Shown here one piece after another: positions 13,539 to 22,555 of a stretch of 32,910 nucleotides of DNA. The position numbers and the translations under genes are program-made. Each line of letters opens with the position of its first letter. Within the stretch, counting starts at the first letter, position 1. Below the pieces are notes generated by a model that worked only from the letters and a program-made list of their open reading frames with translations, did not search any database and was not told the origin of the DNA. Origin of the DNA: a virus (lineage: Duplodnaviria; Caudoviricetes); IMG/VR virus record IMGVR_UViG_3300023256_000023, positions 1 to 32,910 of that record. The stretch is one strand, 5' to 3'.

Positions 13539-15821
13539 ATGAGTTTTAGTAACAGCTTCGACATATATAGGGACAACGTATCTGACGGCATGCTTGAATA
13601 TATCGCCAGGCAGCTTGGATTATCCGCCCCAGCAGTCAACGCTGTTGGGATAGGGTGGTATCCAAAAGAGGACACATGGGTCTTGCCTGAACGTGATAAG
13701 CGTGGTGACATAATAGGTCTTACCTATAGGCGTGACAACGGCTTTAAGTTTATGGCTAAGGGCTCTAAACGTGGTCTCACCTATCCGTGTGTACATGACG
13801 GAGCGAGTGTAGGAACCAGAAAACCTGAATGGGTTAGAGTGCGTGAGGCGGGTGTAACCTGTCCTATATGTGGCAAAGATGACTGGTGCCGTGTTTCCCC
13901 TGATGATCCTAATAACCCTTCGGCTGCTCTATGTAGCAGAATACGGGATGGTTGTAAACGAGAAATCAGTGAGAACAACTACCTCCACATTATAGACATC
14001 AAGCGTAATGCTCTACTCACTGGATCGACTTCGGCTCTACCAGAGTCCGATCTCCCGATCTTGATAGTAGAGGGGGCCACTGATGTAATGGCTGCTGCAA
14101 GCCTTGGCTTTGTAGCGGTGGGTAGACCAAGTGCTAAAGGCGGTATCGCAGAACTCATTGAAATGCCGCTTACAGGACGCACGGTTATCGTGCTTGGTGA
14201 GAACGACGCCGGTGCCGGTGCCGAAGGGATGGAAAAGGCTTACCTGTCACTCAAGGACTCAATAAAAGACCTGAGTAAACTCATGCCGCCAACAGGTATA
14301 AAGGACCTACGCACCTGGGTACAAGGTGGTCTTACCGCTGAAGAATTTCTGAGTTACGCTGAAGCCAACCGCCAGACAGAGCATAGGGACCCTGACATGC
14401 TTCCTGACGACATTGCCTATAATATAGCCGCATTGTTTGTCAGCAAGAATCACACGCACAATGGCGTCCCGGCACTTAAATCGTATGGTGGCAAGTGGTA
14501 TCATTGGTACAACGGCAGGTACAGGGAGCTTGATTTCGATATTCTACGCGGACAACTGTATCGGTTTCTGGAAAGTAAGAAATATATCAGGCCCACTAAA
14601 AACGGGGTTGAAGTATCGCCGTATAAGGCAACACGGGCCAAAGTAGGTGACATCCTGGACGCATTTAACGCATGGGCACCAGTTAAAGAGTCACCACCTG
14701 TGTGGACGGGCAACGACATCGAGGACAGGCCAAAGCTATCTGATCTGATCTTGTTCAAGAACGGAATGCTCGACGTGGGTGAGTACATGAAGGGCAACAT
14801 CGTGCTGCACGACCCAGACCCACAACTCTTCAGCATAGACTGCATACCATACGACTACGACCCCGACGCCAAATCGAAACTATGCGAGACGTTCTTACAG
14901 GATACGTTCAGCGGAGACGAAGGATCAATAGAGCTGGCGAAGCAGTGGTTGGGCTACAACTTAGTGCCCGACACATCATTAGAGAAGATGATGCTTTACA
15001 CAGGCAGGCCACGATCTGGTAAGAGTACTCTCATAGACATGATGGTAAACATGCTTGGCAAGGGCCGATGCTGCTCAACAGACTTTACTTCCCTGGCTTC
15101 CCCGTTCGGGTGTTCGTCACTGGTAGGCAAACTGGCGGCTGTCCTTGGTGACTCTAGAGCACCAAAGGCTTCTCACGCCAACGCCGCGATGGATGTACTA
15201 TTGCGTATCGTAGGGCAGGATGACGTGCTCATAAACCCGAAGTACGTCCAGGCATATACGGCTAGGCTTAATACAAGGTTCACCATAGCCATGAACGATT
15301 TACCTGCGTTCGATGATTTTGCCTCCGCCCTGGCAACGAGAATGAATATCCTATACTTCCCCAACAGCGTGGTAGGCAGGGAAGACTTTTCGTTGAAAGG
15401 CAGGTTGGTGAAGGAAGCTCGTGAGGGCAGGCTCGTAAATATAGCCCTGGAAGGATTAAAACACCTAAGACAGAAAGGTAAGTTTGCCACACCAGAAAGG
15501 TCAGTACAGGTTATGGTGCAGTTCCGGGAACTGTCATCGCCTTTAAGCGTGTTTGTGGCTGATTGTTGTGACCTAACGAAGGACTTCCTTATAAGTGGTG
15601 ACACGTGGACCCAGGCTAGTGATGTGTTCGCGGCCTGGCGTGGCTGGTGCAAGAGTAACGGTCAGTCCCACGGAACCAGTGCTACTTTTGGCCGATACCT
15701 GATGCAAGCTGTATCGTTTCTTATGAAACGTAGGATACGCGTGAACGGAATCAGACAGTATGTATACTATGGATTGAAACTAAATGAACAGGCACAACAA
15801 CTATATTTGGAGAAACCATGA
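13539..15821 (+). CDS. Primase-helicase: TOPRIM primase + Zn finger + D5/P4-type SF3 helicase
   Basis: ILIVEGATD and GENDAGAG..G (TOPRIM), KDLRTW, CPICGKDDWC...C, ILFKNGMLD, Walker A GRPRSGKST, AMNDLP, and a C-terminal winged-helix-like region. Confidence 0.88.
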   Translation: MSFSNSFDIYRDNVSDGMLEYIARQLGLSAPAVNAVGIGWYPKEDTWVLPERDKRGDIIGLTYRRDNGFKFMAKGSKRGLTYPCVHDGASVGTRKPEWVRVREAGVTCPICGKDDWCRVSPDDPNNPSAALCSRIRDGCKREISENNYLHIIDIKRNALLTGSTSALPESDLPILIVEGATDVMAAASLGFVAVGRPSAKGGIAELIEMPLTGRTVIVLGENDAGAGAEGMEKAYLSLKDSIKDLSKLMPPTGIKDLRTWVQGGLTAEEFLSYAEANRQTEHRDPDMLPDDIAYNIAALFVSKNHTHNGVPALKSYGGKWYHWYNGRYRELDFDILRGQLYRFLESKKYIRPTKNGVEVSPYKATRAKVGDILDAFNAWAPVKESPPVWTGNDIEDRPKLSDLILFKNGMLDVGEYMKGNIVLHDPDPQLFSIDCIPYDYDPDAKSKLCETFLQDTFSGDEGSIELAKQWLGYNLVPDTSLEKMMLYTGRPRSGKSTLIDMMVNMLGKGRCCSTDFTSLASPFGCSSLVGKLAAVLGDSRAPKASHANAAMDVLLRIVGQDDVLINPKYVQAYTARLNTRFTIAMNDLPAFDDFASALATRMNILYFPNSVVGREDFSLKGRLVKEAREGRLVNIALEGLKHLRQKGKFATPERSVQVMVQFRELSSPLSVFVADCCDLTKDFLISGDTWTQASDVFAAWRGWCKSNGQSHGTSATFGRYLMQAVSFLMKRRIRVNGIRQYVYYGLKLNEQAQQLYLEKP

Positions 15822-16471
15822 AAAAGAAGATAGCGTTTGTACTTTTGTGCATTATGATGGTGGCTGGTGCCGTAGGCTGTGCGTCTTTCGCTGACTACTT
15901 AACACCCGCTAAGATAAACACAAAGGCTGTAGAGTACGTCGTTGGTGCAGACGTAGCTCCGACAGAGAAATACGTAACCAATTTCCCATATCCAAACTTG
16001 GTGCTGGCCGAAGAGTTGATTAACGACGTAGACTCCGCCCACCAGGTAATACAGCTTGACCTACGACAGCAGGTAGAAAAAGACACCCTGGCATATACTA
16101 TACACCGTGATGCCACGATGGGCTCAGTGCTGTCTGCCCAACAGCAGAGAGACCTGATCTTCGGTGAAGAGGGTATATTGACCCTGGGTCTTGGTATGCT
16201 CGGTATGGGTGGTTTGGCCGGGCTTGCTGGTTTGATGCGTAAGAGACCGGGTGACTGGACCAAGGAGGACGTAGACAACGCTATGGAAGCGGCTGACCTG
16301 GAAGTTGAAATCAAGGGAGACCAAATAGTTGAGATAGTTAAGGGTATAGAGACTTTCAAAAAAGACCTGACCGAAACCCCAGATATTTTGAGTGCCCTGA
16401 AAAACGCCCTGAATACGTTTCAGTCGCAACACACGAAACAGGCCGTGGCCCTAACCAAGGCGGATTTATAA
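15818..16471 (+). CDS. Putative membrane lipoprotein
   Basis: Signal peptide MKKKIAFVLLCIMMVAGAVG-C (lipobox-like). Second hydrophobic segment ILTLGLGMLGMGGLAGLAGLM. Confidence 0.65.
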   Translation: MKKKIAFVLLCIMMVAGAVGCASFADYLTPAKINTKAVEYVVGADVAPTEKYVTNFPYPNLVLAEELINDVDSAHQVIQLDLRQQVEKDTLAYTIHRDATMGSVLSAQQQRDLIFGEEGILTLGLGMLGMGGLAGLAGLMRKRPGDWTKEDVDNAMEAADLEVEIKGDQIVEIVKGIETFKKDLTETPDILSALKNALNTFQSQHTKQAVALTKADL

Positions 16472-16486
16472 CGGAGGCTATGAAAT

Positions 16487-16759
16487 ATGAAACGACGTAA
16501 TTTCTTAAAGATGATAGCCGGGGCAGCCGTCGCTGCCCCTGTTGCTGCCCTGGCAGTGATGGTGCCGAAGAAAGAACCATGGGTACACTGGAAAAACTAC
16601 TCCGCTGAACATATACCCGAGCCACGGGGCGTAACAAGCGAACAGCTTGCAGACATTATACGTACAACACTAAAAGACCTTCCAACTGATAAAAATTTGG
16701 GGTCACTGCTTTATTCACAGGGGCGACCTGGCGGGTTTACGGGGATATACGGAGATTGA
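16487..16759 (+). CDS. Small protein with a twin-arginine (Tat) signal
   Basis: GGAGG SD; MKRRNFLKMIAGAAVAAPVAALA matches RRxFLK plus an h-region. Confidence 0.75.
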   Translation: MKRRNFLKMIAGAAVAAPVAALAVMVPKKEPWVHWKNYSAEHIPEPRGVTSEQLADIIRTTLKDLPTDKNLGSLLYSQGRPGGFTGIYGD

Positions 16760-16761
16760 AT

Positions 16762-16881
16762 ATGAGACGAACCATAAAGGCCCTGATTAAACTACCGTGG
16801 TTCCTGCTCTACCTAGTGTGTAGTTTTATCAAGGATGGATGGGGCTGGCTAAAAGGAAAACCATACGACACACAGAAATGA
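16762..16881 (+). CDS. Small hydrophobic peptide (39 aa), not in the ORF track
   Basis: GGAG SD; MRRTIKALIKLPWFLLYLVCSFIKDGWGWLKGKPYDTQK. Exactly fills the gap between neighbours. Confidence 0.5.
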   Translation: MRRTIKALIKLPWFLLYLVCSFIKDGWGWLKGKPYDTQK

Positions 16882-16884
16882 GTT

Positions 16885-17205
16885 ATGTTCCACACAAGAC
16901 CACAACTACTTAATTGGATCGTGGGTCACACAAAGCGTGAGTCGATCAAGCGTGCTATCCAGGATGACGGGATGGTCCTGAACCTCGGCGTGTTCACAGA
17001 GGTTCCGGGACTGCCCCATCCTGGGTGGATCGTAGACATAGCGTCGCGGTATGGGCGTAGGTGGTTTATGGCGGTAACAATAAACAAGGCTACCCGTAAA
17101 ATATATCTGAACGAAATAAACGCAGGCCAGATAGACCACACCAAACGGTTCGTAACAGGTGGATCATTGTTTGAAGGGGACCCAGTATGCAGACCATTAG
17201 GCTAA
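16885..17205 (+). CDS. Hypothetical protein
   Basis: Co-directional 106-aa ORF with protein-like composition. Confidence 0.65.
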   Translation: MFHTRPQLLNWIVGHTKRESIKRAIQDDGMVLNLGVFTEVPGLPHPGWIVDIASRYGRRWFMAVTINKATRKIYLNEINAGQIDHTKRFVTGGSLFEGDPVCRPLG

Positions 17206-17474
17206 TAACACCGTCGAACATAGGGATTATTGACCTGCTAAAACTTGGTATAGACGAGCCGGTGCCTATAATATGGATGCGGGACGGTTGGATCAGATTT
17301 ATAAGTGCTGACCTGGTTGAAAACGAACTGAGTGTGTCCAGGGATTGGGCCAAGTTTAGACGCCTTTGCGTCATACCGCCCAGGCCAAGGATACTCTGGG
17401 ATCAGGCGTCGCCGGACGTGCCCCCGCCATCATCAAACGAGGGCTATGACGAGCGATACTACACTGGCGAGTAG
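17187..17474 (+). CDS. Hypothetical protein, last gene of the + arm
   Basis: GGGGA SD. The 3' end overlaps the convergent small gene by 42 nt. Confidence 0.55.
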   Translation: MQTIRLITPSNIGIIDLLKLGIDEPVPIIWMRDGWIRFISADLVENELSVSRDWAKFRRLCVIPPRPRILWDQASPDVPPPSSNEGYDERYYTGE

Positions 17475-17606
17475 ACATAAGAGCAAGGCCATCATCTGCT
17501 GTCGTTTGGCCTTAGCTTCAACCTCGTGATGCTGTAAGTGATTACCAAGTATCTTCTTTACCCAACGCATGTCTGTGCCAAGTTCTTCTAAGGTGTATTC
17601 CTTCAT
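17433..17606 (-). CDS. Small protein with a C-terminal transmembrane helix (holin/XhlA-like topology, 57 aa), not in the ORF track
   Basis: ATGA overlap with the giant gene; MKEYTLEELGTDMRWVKKILGNHLQHHEVEAKAKRQQMMALLLCLLASVVSLVIALV. Confidence 0.65.
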   Translation of the reverse strand: MKEYTLEELGTDMRWVKKILGNHLQHHEVEAKAKRQQMMALLLCLLASVVSLVIALV

Positions 17607-20600
17607 CGTGTGCGTCTCCCTCTGCTCCTATCACCTATTGCTTCTTCGGGTCCGAACCATCCACTCTTACGCAGGCGGCGTATCTCGTAACCGGGCACAG
17701 TACCCGTAGCAGTCCCCACGTTTTCAAACGTATCAAGCGTGGCCTTCTTGAACCTTTTCAGTGCCGCTTCCTCGTCACCCACCAGGAGTTTGGCCGCCGC
17801 CTCCGAGAATATGCTGATCGACTTTGCGGCCTCGTTTACCAGTTCAATAGGAAATGACTCTAAGACTTCACCCCTGTATTCCTTCGGTTCACCCCTAGCA
17901 GCATTTGCAAAGGCCCGTATGTTAATTTCTAGGAACTTGCCCATAGCTGGGAACAGAGCCGTAAAGGACGCTAACATGTCAACCAGGTAGTCTATTGGTT
18001 TTTCTACCTTACCATAGGCGACTGCTGCTAAGGCAGCACGGGCGGCAAAGTTCAGCGTATAACTGGCGAACACAGCACCCATTCGCTGTGCCATTCTTGT
18101 CACGTCAGCCGGTGTCTTGTTCTCCTTCGCCTTAAACTCAGCAACGGCGTCGTTTAAGATGGTCAACGACTGCTCGTGAAACGACCTGAACAGGAAGAAG
18201 AGGCGGCCAACACCGCGTTCAGTCGTAACAACAGACCGGCTCCACTTATCCCACGACGGCTGTGTGCGTTGCCACAACCATTCGGCCCGGTCAGTGACGA
18301 GGTCGCTGTACCCAGGATCGCCTTCTTTGAGCCCATCTACATTCTTGTCTACCCACCATTCAGCCGAAAGGCCGCTCAACGACCCGTTCTGTGCTGCTTT
18401 AAGTTCGGCCTTAGCTATGCCTGTACCGCCAGCGAGGGCGGCAAGGTCTGCCAGTTTGATAGACCACCCAAGTTTGTTTTTGTCTGACAAGCCACCAGCC
18501 CATGCTTGCAGGGTGGCGTCCTGGGCGGCGATCTCGCCGAACTCAAGGCTACTACGGCCCATGAAGAATCGGGACCACGCCACATCCGAGTTCTGTAGAG
18601 TCTCTCTGATAGTGTCGGGTTTGAAACTTTCTTTCGCCACTTGTTTCATAAACTGTGGTGATACAAACGCACCGTAGTTACCCACCGACGAATACATAGA
18701 AGCCACTACCCTTGGATTAAGGTGTAATACAGCACGATACATGCCACCTATATTGTTCATTATCCAGCCACCAAGCCAGGATGAGTCCTGTGCTGTGGAC
18801 TGAGCACGCCCCAAGATCGTTATAATGTTGTCCCGCGTACCACCGAAGCCCTTGCGTTCGATTTCCTGGGCTATAGGCTGGTTGTTGAGTAGGGTTCGGG
18901 CCAACCTGGTTGGTTCAGCCATACCCACGTATTCAGATATAGCAGATTCAAACGTGACGAACCTGTTCAAGGCATCACGTAATGCAAGTGGCAACGTACT
19001 GTTGGTCCTGTCTTTGAATATGCCCCTGTTTTCAAGTAGGTTTACAACGAACCCCTTTGTCTTGCCAGCAAGTGTTTTGGGTTTCTGAACCTCAAGCCCC
19101 CACCAGTTGTCTACTACAGCAATCTCTTTACCCTCGATACGGGTCGATACATTGTTGATTGACGGCTTCCATATCTCTTCACCAACTCTAAGCATGGTTT
19201 CAGCAACAGCTTTTATCTTAGGGTTGGAGTCAACCATATCTCGCATTTGTGCTATGTGAAGATCGTCTAGCGGCCCTGTTTCCGTGCCGTTAATGACCAG
19301 CCCGCCGCCAAGCAAGTGCCTGAGTCCATCTTTCTGATTACTAATGAGCCATAGGTCTATGGCCTGGGCTGGGGTTATTTCAAATGTTTTGTCGTTGAGT
19401 TTTATATTGACCCTGTCCGTCTTAGTGTCTGGGAATATAGCCTGGAGCAAGTGTAGCCTCGGATTAGCAGCTACACTCATCTTGGCCAAATCGTTGCTGG
19501 TAACACCAGCATCCTTTAGTGATCGTTCTAGCTCTGTAGTGACCGCCCTTTGGTGTGCGTTCTGTGTTCGTACACCTTCTTGAATGTTGTTGTTGAGTAC
19601 GTGGGTAAAGACACCGTTAGGGTTGCCACCGTCTAATACCTTAGCGAGATACCAGATCGGCGTGTTCTTCTGGCCTGCAAACCAAGTCATGGCCCTGTTG
19701 AATAGTGGTGCCTTAGCAGACTTGGCAGTAATCACTGCTGGCACCGCCTTTGTATCAGGCAATGCCTTTATGGTGTCAACGGCCTCGTCCATAATTGCTT
19801 CCACCGTGGTAGGTTTGTTCTCTACCGTAACCGGGGTTCCATAATCTTCCGGCTGTATCTCCGCGTTCTTAATGCCAGTCATATCCTCCACAGCGTTCAC
19901 GAAGTCCTTCATCTGCGTGTGGGTCATGTCACTCATAGAACGCTTGCCTGTTACCGTCTCTGCTAGCTCACGGTAAGTGGCGTCATCTAATCCAGCATCA
20001 CGGGCTAGTTTGTGTGCCTCTGCCTTGAGTCGCTTCTTGCTTTTAACCTCTGGTTTAGCCTGCTGGTATACGCCACGAAGAACTGGTTTGCCACTGGTGG
20101 CGTCGTCTATTATTGCCTCTATACTCTGTCGTTGTGGTGTAGTCCGCATACCTTCAGGAGATGGAGCAGCACTACTTAGCCACGCCAGTTCTTCCTTCTC
20201 TCTACGGGTAAGGTCCTCGGTCTCTTTTAACTTCAATTCGCGGTATCTATTCTCAGCCTTAGCGAGCATAGCGTCGGTATCTACTGGGGCGAGACCGAAC
20301 TGCATACCTATCACGTGATCTGCGTTGAGATCAACCGTTTTGTAATCATCGTATACACCATCCTTGACGTCCTGTATAACCTGTTCAGTCGTGGCCGTTA
20401 CCTCTGCTTTTTGCTTTGGCGATATTGTTTCCGCCTGTAGCAGGGTATCCCTAAACTGTTCTACCCTGGCGATCTTGCCCGGACGGGTCATGTTGGCCTT
20501 GGCCGACCCAGCACCGAATGACACACCAGAGAATGCCATTTCCAGAGGCCCACCTACAGCAGCGGATTGTTGTACGTTTTCAAGTATGTTCTGGCTGCGA

Positions 20601-21436
20601 TCAGTAAACGCCCATCGCCAGAAGTTACGGTTCAATTCCTGTGATCCTTCTTCAGCCGCACCACGGAAGTATGCCTTGCCCATTTCCCATAGGCCCTTAC
20701 GCAGGCCCTTTATCTGTTTCTTTCCCATGCGTTTGAACAGGTCTACCTTCTTACCGAACGTCCATTTTTCTATAGCGGCTTCCGGCACAGCAGTAACTAT
20801 ACTCCGCATCAGTGCATACGCGGGGTCGTTACCCTCGCGTCGGGCGTCGTCGTAAACCTCGCCAGCTATACCCGTGGCCGCAACCGCGATCCCGCCAGGT
20901 AGAGCAGTCTCCAGCATAAGGGGGAGTGACTCCAGGCCCAACTGTATCATCTTGGCTGGACTGGTAAGTACGTCAAGGGTCTGTTCAGTAAACGTCTCAC
21001 CCTCTATCTGGACTGCTTTGTCTGCGTTCTCGGTGTAGTATTGTTCAACAGCATCGCCATAGTCCTTGGCCCATCCACCAAGAGCCTTATCTAAATTCTT
21101 AGAGTAGGTGGGTTGCTCCCTGCCGAACCCAGACCAAAGTTTCTTACGCAGCGTCCCACCGATCTCTGACTCCATACGGGCAAGACCAACCAGGCTCTTG
21201 ACCATGCCAACACCAGCACGTTCCCAGCCCTGGGTTACGGCCTGTTTCATTTGGCCCGCAGCCTGTACTGCTGGGTGTTTTGACAACATCTTCTTGATCC
21301 CGTCAGGAGAGAGATCAAGAGGTACGTCCCTCGGTGCTTCCAACTCGAAACCCTCGGGCAGACCGGCGGCTTCCAACTCGAACCCCCCCGGCAGATTAGG
21401 CGTGCTCTCTAATTCAAACCCTGCTGGTAAATTCAT
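17603..21436 (-). CDS. Large internal virion / DNA-ejection (polyvalent-type) protein
   Basis: ~1277 aa, helical and Ala/Gly-rich, at the end of the structural operon. N-terminal 3x LPxGFELE; ATG at 21436 forms an ATGA overlap with the upstream stop. Confidence 0.7.
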   Translation of the reverse strand: MNLPAGFELESTPNLPGGFELEAAGLPEGFELEAPRDVPLDLSPDGIKKMLSKHPAVQAAGQMKQAVTQGWERAGVGMVKSLVGLARMESEIGGTLRKKLWSGFGREQPTYSKNLDKALGGWAKDYGDAVEQYYTENADKAVQIEGETFTEQTLDVLTSPAKMIQLGLESLPLMLETALPGGIAVAATGIAGEVYDDARREGNDPAYALMRSIVTAVPEAAIEKWTFGKKVDLFKRMGKKQIKGLRKGLWEMGKAYFRGAAEEGSQELNRNFWRWAFTDRSQNILENVQQSAAVGGPLEMAFSGVSFGAGSAKANMTRPGKIARVEQFRDTLLQAETISPKQKAEVTATTEQVIQDVKDGVYDDYKTVDLNADHVIGMQFGLAPVDTDAMLAKAENRYRELKLKETEDLTRREKEELAWLSSAAPSPEGMRTTPQRQSIEAIIDDATSGKPVLRGVYQQAKPEVKSKKRLKAEAHKLARDAGLDDATYRELAETVTGKRSMSDMTHTQMKDFVNAVEDMTGIKNAEIQPEDYGTPVTVENKPTTVEAIMDEAVDTIKALPDTKAVPAVITAKSAKAPLFNRAMTWFAGQKNTPIWYLAKVLDGGNPNGVFTHVLNNNIQEGVRTQNAHQRAVTTELERSLKDAGVTSNDLAKMSVAANPRLHLLQAIFPDTKTDRVNIKLNDKTFEITPAQAIDLWLISNQKDGLRHLLGGGLVINGTETGPLDDLHIAQMRDMVDSNPKIKAVAETMLRVGEEIWKPSINNVSTRIEGKEIAVVDNWWGLEVQKPKTLAGKTKGFVVNLLENRGIFKDRTNSTLPLALRDALNRFVTFESAISEYVGMAEPTRLARTLLNNQPIAQEIERKGFGGTRDNIITILGRAQSTAQDSSWLGGWIMNNIGGMYRAVLHLNPRVVASMYSSVGNYGAFVSPQFMKQVAKESFKPDTIRETLQNSDVAWSRFFMGRSSLEFGEIAAQDATLQAWAGGLSDKNKLGWSIKLADLAALAGGTGIAKAELKAAQNGSLSGLSAEWWVDKNVDGLKEGDPGYSDLVTDRAEWLWQRTQPSWDKWSRSVVTTERGVGRLFFLFRSFHEQSLTILNDAVAEFKAKENKTPADVTRMAQRMGAVFASYTLNFAARAALAAVAYGKVEKPIDYLVDMLASFTALFPAMGKFLEINIRAFANAARGEPKEYRGEVLESFPIELVNEAAKSISIFSEAAAKLLVGDEEAALKRFKKATLDTFENVGTATGTVPGYEIRRLRKSGWFGPEEAIGDRSRGRRTR

Positions 21437-22353
21437 TTCACTGGCTGCCACGTTTTGCCCCCGTCATTAGATACAAGCCGTGCTTTTGTCTTGGGATTCT
21501 GGGCATACACTGCCTGTTGCCCACGTTCTGGCGAATCCATCCTTGCTTCCTTACGGACTTTTTCCCCAAGTCCAAACTGTGGTTCCGAACCACGCATACG
21601 AGCAGCCATGTTGGAGTTACCCATTATAGCCTTCTGAGCTTCTCTAAGCTGTACATCCATCGCCATGAGCAGGTGCAACTCCTGTTTCTCTGCTTCCGAG
21701 GCTTCTTTCCAAGCTGGTACGAGTTTACCTTTCTCATCGAACTTATCGTTCAGGGGATCACGCATCATTACACCCTGGGGCCGCTCTCCCTTCTTGCCCC
21801 ACATCTCCTTCAGAGCATAAATCATGCCAGGAGTACCCATAGCCATAGCTGGAAGAGCCTTCTTCAACGAGCCACGCACACGCTCCGTCTCCGGCGGTGT
21901 TATAAGGAAGTTCATCATACGGCTCTCTATTTTCTTACGGACTACGTCTTGCTTGTTGAGCGTATCAAGGGGATCAGTCTCTTCTTCTGGTTTAGGGAAC
22001 ATGACCCGCTCAGTTTCAGGCGGGAGGGCCATACGCCACTTAGCTTCATTTGCCCCTTCGGGCGATATGAGCCCCTGGCTCTCAAGCGTGGCCACCTGCT
22101 GATACGGCTGCATGGCGGCCTGTGCTCGCTGTCTAAACTCGTTGGCTTCCAGTTTTGCCTTCTGTGTAGTCTGGTGCATCAGGTTGTTATACTGCTGCTG
22201 CCCGAGTGCAGGACCGCGTCTGTTTATCTCTTTGAATATTATACTGTACTTGTTACGGAACGCCTGCTGTCCCTGCTCGATCTGCTGCATGACCATCTTT
22301 TCAGGCGTGACACCGGATTCCGATAACTGTGACAGTGGTAATGTGTTAGGCAT
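21433..22353 (-). CDS. Putative internal virion protein
   Basis: AAGGA SD before MPNTLP; Gln/Met-rich helical sequence; C-terminal YAQNPKTKARLVSNDGGKTWQPV. Confidence 0.6.
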   Translation of the reverse strand: MPNTLPLSQLSESGVTPEKMVMQQIEQGQQAFRNKYSIIFKEINRRGPALGQQQYNNLMHQTTQKAKLEANEFRQRAQAAMQPYQQVATLESQGLISPEGANEAKWRMALPPETERVMFPKPEEETDPLDTLNKQDVVRKKIESRMMNFLITPPETERVRGSLKKALPAMAMGTPGMIYALKEMWGKKGERPQGVMMRDPLNDKFDEKGKLVPAWKEASEAEKQELHLLMAMDVQLREAQKAIMGNSNMAARMRGSEPQFGLGEKVRKEARMDSPERGQQAVYAQNPKTKARLVSNDGGKTWQPVK

Positions 22354-22357
22354 AGTA

Positions 22358-22546
22358 TTATTCCTTCGCGTACATGATCTCACATTTGCCTTTGAGTATC
22401 TTCATGCCTTCAAATATGGTGTGGGCGTTAGTGCCTATCTTAGCTTTTTGCTCCACGTCTAAACTACCGTCACTGAGTATGTCGTTGACAGCCTCATGGT
22501 AAGCATCGTTTGCTTTGTTTAGTTTGTCAAGTAATGTTTCCTTCAT
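22358..22546 (-). CDS. Hypothetical protein
   Basis: 62-aa ORF tightly packed in the operon, with a GGGG SD. Confidence 0.65.
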   Translation of the reverse strand: MKETLLDKLNKANDAYHEAVNDILSDGSLDVEQKAKIGTNAHTIFEGMKILKGKCEIMYAKE

Positions 22547-22555
22547 GTTGTACCC

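Noticed and set aside
21517-22326. 269-aa plus-strand ORF antisense to a virion gene
   Set aside because: It has Leu/Phe/His-rich shadow composition and no motif, and it opposes the operon direction.
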